64,000 bases of DNA from an uncultured virus (IMG/VR IMGVR_UViG_3300024179_000001). Lineage: Duplodnaviria > Heunggongvirae > Uroviricota > Caudoviricetes. Below are positions 53,853 to 64,000 of this stretch, piece after piece (position 1 is the stretch's first letter; every line of letters starts with the position of its first letter). A program made the translations under genes and the position numbers. The stretch is taken from the IMG/VR virus record IMGVR_UViG_3300024179_000001. The stretch is one strand, 5' to 3'. The notes under the pieces are model-generated. The model had not been told where the DNA came from. It made no database searches and saw only the letters and a program-made list of their open reading frames with translations.

Positions 53853-55718
53853 ATGGCTCTCTCTCTCGATGACATCATCGCAGCTCCGACAGATCCCGAT
53901 CTCCTGAACCAGCATCTTCAGGGTCTGGGACTTTTGAAGCGGCCAGAAGAAACGGCGCCCGTGCAGGTTGCGCCGATGTCTACGGTGACGCCGCATTCCG
54001 ACGTCGCTCCGATGTCACCAGTAAAAACGGAAACAGGAACAGCTGCACCGCTGACTGGCCTGAATCGTGAGCTCGCCCTCGGTGCAACTGTTCAACCGAA
54101 CAAGCCAGTGGCGCACATGGCGGATCTTTCCGGCGGGGCAGATATCGGCGCTGCCGCAACGCCCGAAGGTGGAGTCAGCGTGAAGCCAATGACTCTTCCG
54201 AATCTTACGCACACGGAAAAGATGGCTCTGCCGCAAACTTCTCCCGGAGTCTCTGACGTGGGCAGCGCGGCCTTCACGCGCAATGAGCTCGAGCGGCTCG
54301 AGGAGCAGAAAGCGCATCCGTGGGGAACTCCTGAAAATCATCCGGGCACTCTCGGGAAGATTGGCCACGTCGCTGGCAAGATCGGAAATATCGCGCTCGA
54401 TGTTTTGGCGCCTGGTATCGGCGTCAATATTCCGGGAACGGATCTGAACCGGATGGCGAACGAATCCGAACTGAAGCGTGAGCTCGCTTCGCGCACCGCT
54501 GCGGAGGGCCAAGCGAAGAATCTCGCCTCCGAAGAAGAGGCTCGTGACGTCACTACCGCGGAGGGCCGTGAACGATTGAAGAAAATGCAGACCGAGCAAA
54601 GCCTCGAGAAGGATATCGAAGGCAATATCACCGGATGGAAAGGCCCTGACGGAAAACTTCACTCGCTCGATGAAGAAGGAACTCCGCAGGCGATCAAGGA
54701 CATCGCCGCTGAAACGACAGCGAAGCAGACGAAGCCGACGATCGAGAAGATGGACAACGGCGACATCGTTGCCGTCACTCCGGGAGTCAACGGAGCTCCG
54801 GCGAAATCGCAGGTCGTTTATCACGGGGATCCTAAGCTCGAAACCGAACTCACGCAGCGCACCGTCGGCGGTCAGGAGCACAAGATCCTGATCAACAAGA
54901 AAACGGGCGAGGACATCAAGGATCTCGGCGCATTTAAGACCGAGGTCTCTCCGACGGCAGCGATCAACAAGGAAAAGGCCAACGAGCGAGTTGTTCTGGC
55001 CTACGACAAGAACAACAAGGCGCACCTGATGTCGAGGGGTGACGCCGAAGAAGAAGGAATGCAGCACATCACTGCGGCGCAGTCCGGTGACATCGATAAA
55101 GCCAAGACTCACCACGTCGTGCTGAACACGCTGCAGACGCAACTCAACAGCGTTGTGAACTCAAGCAAGGCGCTCGATCAGGGATACGCGCAACGCTCGA
55201 TCATCGCCAGTGCTCTCAGCCATCCGACGAACACGACGGTCGATTCCTTGATGCGTGCGGCCGTCCTTTCTGGCGCGACGGAAGAAACGAAGAATTATGT
55301 GCAGGCGGTGATCGCGCTCCGCGAAGCAGGGCTCGCACTTCCGAAGGAGATCACGGGTGGATCGCGGATTGCGGAAGTTCAAGCGTCGGCGTTGTGGGCA
55401 ACGATGCCTTCGGCTGCTTCACTTAACAGCAAGTACGCGCTCAAGCAGGCCAAGAAGTTTCAGCAGGACATTGATCGTCTGCGCGAACGTGCACCTGACG
55501 TTCGGGGAATGAATATCGTGGATCCGGACGACATGATTAAGAGCAAGGGTGAGGAGAAACAACACACAACTGGTGGTGGTGCCGCTCCAGCTCCTCCCCC
55601 GGGTAAAGTGACTGTGAATGATCCTGAAGGCAAACCGCATTTCGTGAACGAAAACGCTGTCGATGATTTCCTGAAAGATCCGAAGTACAAGGGATGGAAG
55701 CGTGGCACAGGACGATAA
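53853..55718 (+). CDS. ejection protein, medium
   Basis: 621 aa, position and composition. Confidence 0.6.
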   Translation: MALSLDDIIAAPTDPDLLNQHLQGLGLLKRPEETAPVQVAPMSTVTPHSDVAPMSPVKTETGTAAPLTGLNRELALGATVQPNKPVAHMADLSGGADIGAAATPEGGVSVKPMTLPNLTHTEKMALPQTSPGVSDVGSAAFTRNELERLEEQKAHPWGTPENHPGTLGKIGHVAGKIGNIALDVLAPGIGVNIPGTDLNRMANESELKRELASRTAAEGQAKNLASEEEARDVTTAEGRERLKKMQTEQSLEKDIEGNITGWKGPDGKLHSLDEEGTPQAIKDIAAETTAKQTKPTIEKMDNGDIVAVTPGVNGAPAKSQVVYHGDPKLETELTQRTVGGQEHKILINKKTGEDIKDLGAFKTEVSPTAAINKEKANERVVLAYDKNNKAHLMSRGDAEEEGMQHITAAQSGDIDKAKTHHVVLNTLQTQLNSVVNSSKALDQGYAQRSIIASALSHPTNTTVDSLMRAAVLSGATEETKNYVQAVIALREAGLALPKEITGGSRIAEVQASALWATMPSAASLNSKYALKQAKKFQQDIDRLRERAPDVRGMNIVDPDDMIKSKGEEKQHTTGGGAAPAPPPGKVTVNDPEGKPHFVNENAVDDFLKDPKYKGWKRGTGR

Positions 55719-58700
55719 GTACGGCCTTGAACCAGCGGATGAAAAGTATGGCCTGTCTCCCGCAGGCACCGCTGCAGCTACGGCTGAACCTCCGTCCGAT
55801 GAAGAGATCGAGGCGGCGTACGGCAAAGACGTCTCTCCGAAGATCCGCGCAGCCGTAAAAAGCGGCGTCGCGAAAATGCAGCCGCCGACGAAGTTCGAGC
55901 AAGATCGGCCGCAGATAAAAGAAAATTACGGATTCACTCCCGGCAATGTAGCCAAAAATGCAGTGGAAGGCGCGGCTGGCCTCGTGAAGTCAGGCGCCGA
56001 GGGCCTCTACGACGTTGGATTCGTACAGGGCAAGGACGAAGAGGGAAACATCAAGCACGGCGTCGGTGGACTTGTCGGGATCAACGACAAAGGCGAGTTC
56101 GCTCCCATGGAGCGCCTCAACGCACTCACGCAGAAATATGTTACGGATCCCGCAGTCGCCGAATGGAATAAAGGAAGTGAAGAGGGCGGCTTTGCTGGCA
56201 TTGGTCACAAAGCGCTGTCGACGATTCCACTGGTCGGCCCATGGGCCGGAAGCATCGGTGAGCAAGCTGGAACCGGAGACATCGGTGGTGCCACTGGTCA
56301 GGTCGCTGGCCAAGTCGCTCTTGGTGAGCTCGCTCATCACGCTCCGGCGCTCGCCGACAAAGTTGTGCGCGGAACGCCACTCACGGAAGCCGGAAAACTC
56401 GCGGCTGCGAAGGAACAGGCGCTGACTGTCAAAAAGCCGACGATGACGGAGACGGAATATTCCGCGAAGGTACAGGCTGCGCTTCCGGATCTGCAAAAAG
56501 TCGCGCAGGACAATACCGGAAAGATCAAAACGCCGCGCGACGCCGTCGGCGCTATCAATCGCCGCGTTCAGGAAATGGAAGCGCCAATCGGCGAGCACCT
56601 GAAGGGTCTGAACAGGCCAGAAGACATGGTGCACGTCGATCAGTACCACGATCAGATCGACAAAGCCATCGACGCGGAGATGGCGAAGCATCCCGGGCAG
56701 CTGACGGCCGCAGAAATCGAGAAGGCCAAGACCCAGATCGATAAATTTGTCGGCGATCAGCCGAAAACTCTCGAAGAAGTCGAAGGAAACCGCAAGCGGT
56801 TGAATCAGGACGCGGAGGATTACTACAAATCGCGGCCAGCCGACAAGCGCGTGATGGATTCTTCCGACGCAACAGCGATTGCACAGCGTGCGGCGGCGAA
56901 TGCGATCCGTTCGATCCTCTACGGAGACGACGCGAACCCCGGATTGCTCGAAAAAGCTGGCGTGACAGCCGTCGATCAGGCTGGGAATCAGGTTCCGCTC
57001 CGCGAATTCCGCCAGAAAGTCGGAAACCTTCTCGAAGTGCGCGATCACTTCGAGGATGCAATTGTCCGCGCGGAACAAACCGGGAACTGGAAGGCGTTCG
57101 ACAAGCTGCACAGCGGTCCTTCTTTGGCTGCTGGTGGTCTTGGCGCCATCGGTGGTCTCGTGGCTGGTGGTCCGCTTGGCGCGCTCTTTGGAACGCTCGC
57201 TGGTGAGGGTGTGAAGGCGTGGGGCGACTACCTGCGCTCGAAAAATCCGAATCTGAACGTCCAGAAAATGTTCCGGAACCTCGAGGCCACCGGAAAACCG
57301 AACACGATCGAGCCCGTGACGCGGGATATCCAGCATCAGTACCAAGACGCCATCGGACCACAGACATCGCAGCACGCCGAACCGATTGGACCCGCGCGGC
57401 CTCCGGGAAACTTCCAGATGGAAGACCTCCAGCCGAATCAGGACGCCCTTTGGCAGCAGCAGGTGGGCCAGCCACCGCCGCTCGAGACCGGAGCTCCTTC
57501 GCCGGGGCGCCACGTAGAGCCCATAGGACCGCAACCACAGGCCGAAGCGCCCCTCGGACCCATCCAAGGTCAGCAGATCCCTTTGCACCTCCCCAGCGGC
57601 CCGGAAGAGGCTCCTCTGTTCGGTATAGGGCTTCCTGAGTCTCGGAAGGCACCTGCGGGAGCTCCAGAAGCCCCTGCGGCGCCCCCGGCAGCCGTCGGAG
57701 GGCCCGGGCGGGAAGGTACGCTGGGCCGGATCGACATGACGCCCAAGAGGACGGCAGTCGAGGACCTGAAAGTCGGGGATACGTTCGTCGACGACAAGGG
57801 CGATCCGCGCCGGATCACGGATATCACCGAGGACGGCACGGTGAAGACCGCCGATCACACGATGCGCGATTACAAGGCCGACGAGATCGAGCACCTCGGC
57901 GAGATCAACTCTCCACGGGCGCAGCTGGCGCGCGGCGGCGTGTTCCACGCTGGGCCTGAGGAAGACAGGTACGATCTCGGAGAAATTGGCGGCACGGAAA
58001 CTCCGCGTGGCGAAGAAGTGGCGCCGATGGAGCGCCCGACGGAAGAGAAGAAAATCGGAGAGCCGGAGAGGAAAGAATTCCTCGACGCCATTAAAAAGCT
58101 CGGTGGAGACACTGAGCTCGCGGACGAGCAGTGGCATGAGATGAGCGAAGAAGAACGCGCTCACGCGCTCGACAGGTATCGTGGCCAGCTCGAAGGGAAG
58201 GGACCAAGGACTGAGCCCGTCCAGTCTGTCGAAAAGGCCATCGATGCGCTAAAGGAACGCGTCAAGGATCGATCACACAAGGGTCAGGAACGCGATTATC
58301 AGGTGGCTCCGTCTGGCGAAGTAAATCCGCGCCAACTCTACCAGACGACGTTCCTCCTCGACGACGGATCCGCGCTGCAGGGCGACATGGGAATCAAATC
58401 GCACATGCAGCTCGCGCGTGAAGTCGGCCAGCATCACTTGAACGATGCGAATGCGATCCGCATCGTCACGCCAGATTCGTACGAGCTCCATGGAATGCCG
58501 TCCGAAGCGCAGCTCGCGGAAATGAATCGTTACTTCCGTGAGTTGTCGCGCGCAGATCGGCAGAACGTCCACGACGCCGGCTATGTGTACTGGGATTTCT
58601 ATCCGAAAGAAGTGACCGGATACTCGGCTGACGCGGTGCACGCGGATCACGCGACTGGAGCTGGATCGTTCTCCGATTTCCGCAGGGCTATCGACGAATA

Positions 58701-59781
58701 TTATTCTCCGACGACAACCGTCAAGGTTTCTCCTGACGGATCCTCGGTGAAGTTGATGGAGAATCCGCTCAATGTGAAAGGCACCGGAGAGAAGGGGCGC
58801 GTCAGCACCGCAGATCTCCTGAAGGCCTTCAATAAGTACACGAAGCAAACCATCGGCAAGCTGTCGATGGAAAAAGCGGAGCCAGCAGAAATGGTCGAAC
58901 GCGCAAAATCTCTCGCTGAAGATGAAGCGAAGTATCAGCTCGCACGGGACAACAGCGGCGCCGCCTGGTACACGAAGCAGATGGACGAGCATGATGCCGT
59001 AGCGCAACAGATGCGCCCCGATCTGCGGGATCCCGCGAAGCTGAGTCTTTTCAAAATGGCCGAGGCGGTTCTTTCCGCAGGCCAGAAGCCGTACGGAAAT
59101 TTCAAGTCCGCGATGAAGGCGTGGGACGGATACGTGGACACCGGGAAATTCCCCGAGCGGAATCCGGAGACAGGGAAATCGTGGGGCCCGAGATCCGCTG
59201 CAGCTTACGGAAACGCGCTCGGCATGCTCAATAATCTGATCGAAGAGCATGGCGAGAAAGGCGCATCGGACTGGTTGCTGTCCGAGCATCCAGTCAGTGA
59301 GTTGCGGAAATACAACGAAAATGTTTCGGGCAAAATGGATTCGCAACGTCCCGGAGTTCTGATCCTCGGCGAGAAGCGTGGACTTTTCGCGCAAAACCTC
59401 CACAAGATCGAAAGCGCGTTCACTGCGGACATGTGGGTGGCGCGAACTTGGAACCGCTGGATGGGAACTGCGGAGGTCGATCCGAAAACAGGCGAGATCG
59501 CAAGCGATGCCCCGCGCAACGACTCCGAACGCGCGCTGATGCGCGAGACGTTCGACGCGACAGCTGAAAAGCTGGGATTGTCGACGAGCGCCCTGCAGGC
59601 CGTGCTCTGGTATTACGAGCAGGCGTTGCACAACGCGCACGGTGTGCCGAAGGAAAGCTGGAGCTTCTCAGACGCGGCGAAAAGGGCTTCGGACGAAGAG
59701 GCGGGAATTGCGACGACGACAAAGAGCGGGAAAGCCGTAAAGCCGAAAGCTGCTGCTACTTTGTCGCCTGTCCGTCAGTGA
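55702..59781 (+). CDS. large ejection/polyvalent protein with a C-terminal enzyme-like domain
   Basis: Gly-rich hydrophobic hairpin, Pro-rich linker, WY...FTADMWVARTW...LQAVLWYYEQ. Confidence 0.65.
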   Translation: MAQDDKYGLEPADEKYGLSPAGTAAATAEPPSDEEIEAAYGKDVSPKIRAAVKSGVAKMQPPTKFEQDRPQIKENYGFTPGNVAKNAVEGAAGLVKSGAEGLYDVGFVQGKDEEGNIKHGVGGLVGINDKGEFAPMERLNALTQKYVTDPAVAEWNKGSEEGGFAGIGHKALSTIPLVGPWAGSIGEQAGTGDIGGATGQVAGQVALGELAHHAPALADKVVRGTPLTEAGKLAAAKEQALTVKKPTMTETEYSAKVQAALPDLQKVAQDNTGKIKTPRDAVGAINRRVQEMEAPIGEHLKGLNRPEDMVHVDQYHDQIDKAIDAEMAKHPGQLTAAEIEKAKTQIDKFVGDQPKTLEEVEGNRKRLNQDAEDYYKSRPADKRVMDSSDATAIAQRAAANAIRSILYGDDANPGLLEKAGVTAVDQAGNQVPLREFRQKVGNLLEVRDHFEDAIVRAEQTGNWKAFDKLHSGPSLAAGGLGAIGGLVAGGPLGALFGTLAGEGVKAWGDYLRSKNPNLNVQKMFRNLEATGKPNTIEPVTRDIQHQYQDAIGPQTSQHAEPIGPARPPGNFQMEDLQPNQDALWQQQVGQPPPLETGAPSPGRHVEPIGPQPQAEAPLGPIQGQQIPLHLPSGPEEAPLFGIGLPESRKAPAGAPEAPAAPPAAVGGPGREGTLGRIDMTPKRTAVEDLKVGDTFVDDKGDPRRITDITEDGTVKTADHTMRDYKADEIEHLGEINSPRAQLARGGVFHAGPEEDRYDLGEIGGTETPRGEEVAPMERPTEEKKIGEPERKEFLDAIKKLGGDTELADEQWHEMSEEERAHALDRYRGQLEGKGPRTEPVQSVEKAIDALKERVKDRSHKGQERDYQVAPSGEVNPRQLYQTTFLLDDGSALQGDMGIKSHMQLAREVGQHHLNDANAIRIVTPDSYELHGMPSEAQLAEMNRYFRELSRADRQNVHDAGYVYWDFYPKEVTGYSADAVHADHATGAGSFSDFRRAIDEYYSPTTTVKVSPDGSSVKLMENPLNVKGTGEKGRVSTADLLKAFNKYTKQTIGKLSMEKAEPAEMVERAKSLAEDEAKYQLARDNSGAAWYTKQMDEHDAVAQQMRPDLRDPAKLSLFKMAEAVLSAGQKPYGNFKSAMKAWDGYVDTGKFPERNPETGKSWGPRSAAAYGNALGMLNNLIEEHGEKGASDWLLSEHPVSELRKYNENVSGKMDSQRPGVLILGEKRGLFAQNLHKIESAFTADMWVARTWNRWMGTAEVDPKTGEIASDAPRNDSERALMRETFDATAEKLGLSTSALQAVLWYYEQALHNAHGVPKESWSFSDAAKRASDEEAGIATTTKSGKAVKPKAAATLSPVRQ

Positions 59782-59926
59782 TCTTCTTGAGCTTCGGGAC
59801 GTAGTCCTTGCGAGCTGCACCCATGGCCTCACTGAACTTTTCTGGCGTGGGCATCTGTCCGGACTTGATGAGTTGCTGGGCAATATTGCGGAGTTCCGAA
59901 GGCGTCAGTTGTTTCTCGTTGTCCAT
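59756..59926 (-). CDS. 56-aa protein convergent on the large ejection gene (not in ORF track)
   Basis: AGGAGG SD; MDNEKQLTPSELRNIAQQLIKSGQMPTPEKFSEAMGAARKDYVPKLKKITDGQATK. Confidence 0.7.
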   Translation of the reverse strand: MDNEKQLTPSELRNIAQQLIKSGQMPTPEKFSEAMGAARKDYVPKLKKITDGQATK

Positions 59927-60146
59927 GGATTCCTCCTGTCGAATTGTACTCCGGAAAGTCGCGCTGTGCCGATCACTGTTACTGGGTGGCCCTTAGTCGC
60001 CGCCGACTTCCGTCAGCGAAGGGTGCCAATGGATCGGGCGTTTCCCCAGCGCACGATCATCATCGCATCTTGGGGCTGATCCTCCTATAGTCCACCAGTT
60101 TCCCTCGCTGGTACTTTGGTAATGGTATATACTTTGCCCGTCCCTA

Positions 60147-60344
60147 ATGGCCATTCCCGTCGAGATCACGGTAGAGAAGGCGCTTGACCAGATCGCAGCA
60201 AGGAAACGCGTCCCCATCGGGATCCTCTCGTACGACATGGAGAAAGAGACGCTGGTGATCGAGCTCGTGGGCCAGATCCACCCGGATGAAGTGAACGCCC
60301 TCCTCATAAAGCTCGGAATCGAAGCGAACTTCACAGAAAAATGA
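60147..60344 (+). CDS. hypothetical protein
   Basis: Stop overlaps the GT start. Confidence 0.5.
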   Translation: MAIPVEITVEKALDQIAARKRVPIGILSYDMEKETLVIELVGQIHPDEVNALLIKLGIEANFTEK

Positions 60345-62218
60345 AAATTGCAATTGTCACAAACCTGAACGGAATAGGTTTGCAGCGCGACTACGAGCTC
60401 CTGCGCGATTTCCTCCAGCGTCTTGGGCACATTGTCGACGGGATCCAGTGGGACGGTCCAATCGATGAAGAAATTCAAGCATCGATACCGTACGATCTCG
60501 CGATCTTCCTTGAGGTGATTCCCCGGAACTTCCTCGAGCTCGCTCCGGTGAAGTGGGCATTCCTGAATCCGGAGTGGTGCAAGCCGGATGTGATCAAGAT
60601 GGCCGAGCGGCACATCGACAGGATCTTCGCAAAGACGCACGAAGGCCAGAGGATCCTCGAGGGGACATTTCCGGGCAAAGTTTTCTATACGGGCTTCCTG
60701 ACGCGCGATCAATTCACGCCGGCGATAAAACGCCAGAAATGGTTCCTGCACATCGGGGGAAATTCTTCGATGCGCGGGACACAGGCTGTGGTCGACGCAT
60801 GGAAATGGAAAAAGGACGGCTTTGAGCTTCAGTGCAAGCTCTTCGTCGTCTCTTCGGTCTTGCAGGATAAGCCGAATCTTCTAAACGTCACCTACATCGA
60901 ACGCGCGACGGAAGAAGAGCTCTACAGTCTGCAGAACCAGTGCATGTTCCATATCTATCCGAGCGGCACCGAGGGCTTCGGTCATGCGCTCCACGAATCG
61001 CTGAGTGTCGGCGCTGTCCTACTCGCTACGGATGCGCCGCCGATGAATGAAATTAGCAACGCGTACCGGATGAAGGCGAAGAAGGTCGGCAAGTACAATC
61101 TTTCGGATGTCTATGAAGTGGACGCTATCGAGATCTTTGAATCGGTGCAAGCGGTCCTGACCGTCTATGATGGACCGCCCCAGTCGTGGCATTTCCCGCG
61201 AAAAGAATTTGAATCGCTGAACGCGGAATTCGCGACGCGATTCGAGAAGGAACTGCTTGCCATGGAGCCGGGAAAGAAAGCTCCAGTGGTCCGCACCGCG
61301 AAAACGAAACCGAGCATCGCGTTTATCGGAAATTTCAAGGCCAGCGAGAGCACAGAGAACATGATCCGCTGGGCGCTCGAGGAACGTCTCGGCTACGACG
61401 TCGAGCAGTTGCAGGAAAACGAAGTGAATCTGGCAGCGATCCGGAGCGCGTGTCTTTGGAACGACGCTCTCTTGTGGGTGAAGACTCCAAACTGGCTGCA
61501 GGTGACGAACCGTGAGATGGAGGAACTGCTCGAGGAGATCAAAATTCCGTCGTTCTCGATTCACCTCGACAAGTTCTGGGATATCACGGAGAGAGAGCCG
61601 CAGATCGGCGTGCATCCTTTCTGGAAGACCGATTTCGTTTTTACGGCCGACGGATCCGCGCAGGACAGATTCAGGGAACGCGGAGTGAATCACATCTGGA
61701 TGAAGCCAGCGGTGAGTGAAGTCTACTGCCACCCAGGCTGGACGTGGGATATGTACCGCTGCGACGTCGGCTTCGTTGGAGCAAAGGACTACCACGCGCA
61801 ATATCCCTTCAGGAAGCAGCTCGTCGAGTTCCTCGAGAAGACCTACAAGGAACGCTTCCAGCACATCACAGGCCTGCGCGGCCACGGCCTGAACGATTTC
61901 TATGCGAGCTGCAAGGTTGTCGTCGGTGACTGCATCTTCGCCGGGACGGAGAATTATTGGAGTGATCGTCTCCCTGAAACTGTCGGCCGCTACGGCTATC
62001 TCCTCCACCCCGATGTCGAGGGAATCGACATCCCTGTGAATGTATATGGAGCACAGGAGCTTGATCATCTCCAGAACCGCATCGAGAGTTGCTTGGTTAC
62101 AAATGAGCGGATCAGGAGAGACTGGATTGAAAATTGCGCGGAACATGTACGGAAGTACGATACATGGACAGCGAGAATGCGCTGGATCCTCGAGCAGGTA
62201 ATGGATGGAGGTTCCTGA
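60341..62218 (+). CDS. bifunctional GT-B glycosyltransferase (GT4-like + CgeB/Glyco_trans_1_2-like)
   Basis: PSGTEGFGHALHES..TDAPPMNE; DVGFVG..YWSDRLPETVG..TW..R. Confidence 0.85.
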   Translation: MKIAIVTNLNGIGLQRDYELLRDFLQRLGHIVDGIQWDGPIDEEIQASIPYDLAIFLEVIPRNFLELAPVKWAFLNPEWCKPDVIKMAERHIDRIFAKTHEGQRILEGTFPGKVFYTGFLTRDQFTPAIKRQKWFLHIGGNSSMRGTQAVVDAWKWKKDGFELQCKLFVVSSVLQDKPNLLNVTYIERATEEELYSLQNQCMFHIYPSGTEGFGHALHESLSVGAVLLATDAPPMNEISNAYRMKAKKVGKYNLSDVYEVDAIEIFESVQAVLTVYDGPPQSWHFPRKEFESLNAEFATRFEKELLAMEPGKKAPVVRTAKTKPSIAFIGNFKASESTENMIRWALEERLGYDVEQLQENEVNLAAIRSACLWNDALLWVKTPNWLQVTNREMEELLEEIKIPSFSIHLDKFWDITEREPQIGVHPFWKTDFVFTADGSAQDRFRERGVNHIWMKPAVSEVYCHPGWTWDMYRCDVGFVGAKDYHAQYPFRKQLVEFLEKTYKERFQHITGLRGHGLNDFYASCKVVVGDCIFAGTENYWSDRLPETVGRYGYLLHPDVEGIDIPVNVYGAQELDHLQNRIESCLVTNERIRRDWIENCAEHVRKYDTWTARMRWILEQVMDGGS

Positions 62219-62526
62219 TGCCGAAGTGCACAAAAGTTGACTGCGGAAACAAGGCCACCAAGGCCCTGAAGTTGATTTTCCGCAATGTGGCTGACGGTCC
62301 AGCGGTGAGCGCTTACGTCGCGCTGGTCGTCTGCGACGAGATCCACATGCCGGAGGAAGAAGTCGTCGAGTTCTACACGATGAACTTCGAGACGCTGTGC
62401 CTGTGCATCGATCAAGTGGGAAAGATCAAGCCGAACCTTGCACTCACGAGATTTGCGTGGGTTCCTATCGCCGACGCGGAAGCGGAATGGACGAAGGCGA
62501 TCAATGAAGCGAGGGAGAAACTATGA
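62218..62526 (+). CDS. hypothetical Cys-containing protein
   Basis: GGAGG SD; TGATG coupling. Confidence 0.55.
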   Translation: MPKCTKVDCGNKATKALKLIFRNVADGPAVSAYVALVVCDEIHMPEEEVVEFYTMNFETLCLCIDQVGKIKPNLALTRFAWVPIADAEAEWTKAINEAREKL

Positions 62527-63404
62527 TTCCGGTTATCTGGCACCACTCGGACGGTTTCTGGGACTGTGCGTTTCCGAAATATATTCTCGATCACGCCGCT
62601 CGCTGCATGCACGTCGTCGGCCTCGACAAAGCGCCGATGTTTCTCGGACAAGATACCGTAGTGGTGGTTGTGCCTGGTCGGCACTCGGATCATCTCGATC
62701 AGTACGCCAGTCTGCGCGGAGTCGCAAGCGATTTCAAGAAAGTGATCTACATCATCATCGGCGACGAAGAGGGCGTCTTCCAAGTCCGTGCGCTCCACAA
62801 TGAGAACGCAAAGATCTGGTGGTTCATGCCGCCGTTCAATCCGAAGCAGGAAGTGGACCGCGTGGCGCCGAACGGATGGCCGACAAATGCGATCGAGATG
62901 ATCGGTGAGGCGAGAAAAGCGAGCCGGGGAATCCGCAGCTTCGACTGGAGCTTCATGGGACAGGTGACGCACCGGAGGCGTGAGGAATGCGTCGCTGCCG
63001 CGAAGGATATCCCCCGGGGCCACCTTCTGTGCACGACTGGCTTCACGAAGGGAGACACGCGAGAAAATTATTACGACGTCATGGTGAGATCCCGCGCGGT
63101 CCTTTGTCCTTCGGGGCCCTGCACGCCGGACTCGTTCCGGCTTGCAGAGGCCCTCGAGGCCGGATGCATGCCGATTGTCGATGACGCGACTCCGAACCCG
63201 CTTTATCCTCCGGGCTACTGGAAATACGTCTTCGCGAATCATCCGATCCCATTTCCACTGGTCACCGATTGGAAAAATCTTCCTTTCATACTTGAGTTCT
63301 GCCGGGATAACTGGGAGCAGCGCATCGGCGCGTGCCGCCTCTGGTGGAAGAGCCAGAAGGAACGGATGATCGCGGAGATGAAGGAGGATCTCAGTGAAAA
63401 ATAA
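62523..63404 (+). CDS. exostosin (GT47)-like glycosyltransferase
   Basis: SFMGQ..RR...YY..M.RSRAVLCPSG...SFRLAEALEAGCMPIV. Confidence 0.8.
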   Translation: MIPVIWHHSDGFWDCAFPKYILDHAARCMHVVGLDKAPMFLGQDTVVVVVPGRHSDHLDQYASLRGVASDFKKVIYIIIGDEEGVFQVRALHNENAKIWWFMPPFNPKQEVDRVAPNGWPTNAIEMIGEARKASRGIRSFDWSFMGQVTHRRREECVAAAKDIPRGHLLCTTGFTKGDTRENYYDVMVRSRAVLCPSGPCTPDSFRLAEALEAGCMPIVDDATPNPLYPPGYWKYVFANHPIPFPLVTDWKNLPFILEFCRDNWEQRIGACRLWWKSQKERMIAEMKEDLSEK

Positions 63405-64000
63405 AATCACCGTTCTGATCCCGACGTCGCCGATTCCCGCGCATCCCTCGACGGACGTAATCGAAAAGGCGATCAACTCCGTTCGCCAGCATCTGCCGGA
63501 TGTCCGCATCATCATCATGGCCGACGGCGTCCGCAAAGAGCAGGAGCACTACCACGACCAGTATCTCGAATACATCAAGAACCTCGTGGGGAAGTCGATC
63601 TTCCACTGGAAAAATATAGCGCTGATGCCGTTCACGGAGTTCATGCACCAGGCGGCAATGACGCGCAAAGCGCTCGAGATGGTGGAGACGCCGCAGATCC
63701 TGTTCGTCGAGCACGACACGTTTTTCCTCGACGGCCTGCCGATTGATTTCGAGGGTATCTCGAGAGTGATCGAGAAAGGCCACGCGAACATGGTCGGCTT
63801 CCATTGTCAGTGGGAGCCATGGGTGATCCCGGAACACGAGCACCTGATGCTCGACAAGGAGCGCGCATACTTCGATGGCGTGCCGATGATCAGGACGTGG
63901 CAATGGAGCCAGAGGCCGCACGTCGCTTCGGCTGAGTTCTACCGGATGATCCTCAGAAACCTTTTCAGCAAGAATTGCCGGACGATGATCGAGGACCGCA
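63394..64000 (+). CDS. GT-A fold glycosyltransferase (runs off window end; not in ORF track)
   Basis: AAGGAGG SD with GTG 63394; ITVLIPTSPIPAHPS..IIMADG..ILFVEHD. Confidence 0.75.
   Translation, partial: MKNKITVLIPTSPIPAHPSTDVIEKAINSVRQHLPDVRIIIMADGVRKEQEHYHDQYLEYIKNLVGKSIFHWKNIALMPFTEFMHQAAMTRKALEMVETPQILFVEHDTFFLDGLPIDFEGISRVIEKGHANMVGFHCQWEPWVIPEHEHLMLDKERAYFDGVPMIRTWQWSQRPHVASAEFYRMILRNLFSKNCRTMIEDR

Noticed and set aside
55990..58164. 724-aa minus-strand ORF and similar long antisense ORFs (58273-59640, 61019-62233, 62412-63536, 54015-55142)
   Set aside because: Shadow frames of GC-rich genes on the opposite strand; no motifs or SD seen.

Overview
The window is most or nearly all of a ~64 kb tailed dsDNA phage genome with podovirus-like gene order. 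The host is probably an Acidobacteriota member, inferred from the style of its DUF4082/FN3 and carboxypeptidase-regulatory-like domains. Layout: end of a glycosyl-/methyltransferase cluster (1-3.2 kb); fibre/receptor-binding and secreted proteins (3.3-8.2 kb); lysis cassette containing a cold-shock gene (8.5-11.6 kb); leftward early operon with Bet/RecT, KTSC, nucleases and DUF932 (11.6-22.1 kb); divergent control region with an RHH repressor; a dual-frame C5 DNA methyltransferase; terminase small subunit; a 6.4 kb island of small genes including Acb2-like and Acb4-like candidates; terminase large subunit, portal, scaffold, major capsid, GroES-like co-chaperonin, tail and ejection proteins (31.6-59.8 kb); and the start of a glycosyltransferase cluster (60.3-64 kb). 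Read directly from the sequence: a canonical hammerhead ribozyme (minus strand, 20006-20070); a nested two-start gene whose duplicated beta-strand suggests a donor-strand polymer fibre; probable ATT starts next to HNH insertions; several structured RNA candidates; and two operator-like motif families. No integrase, tRNA, CRISPR array or replicative polymerase/helicase was recognised. All family assignments come from motif recognition by eye, not database searches.
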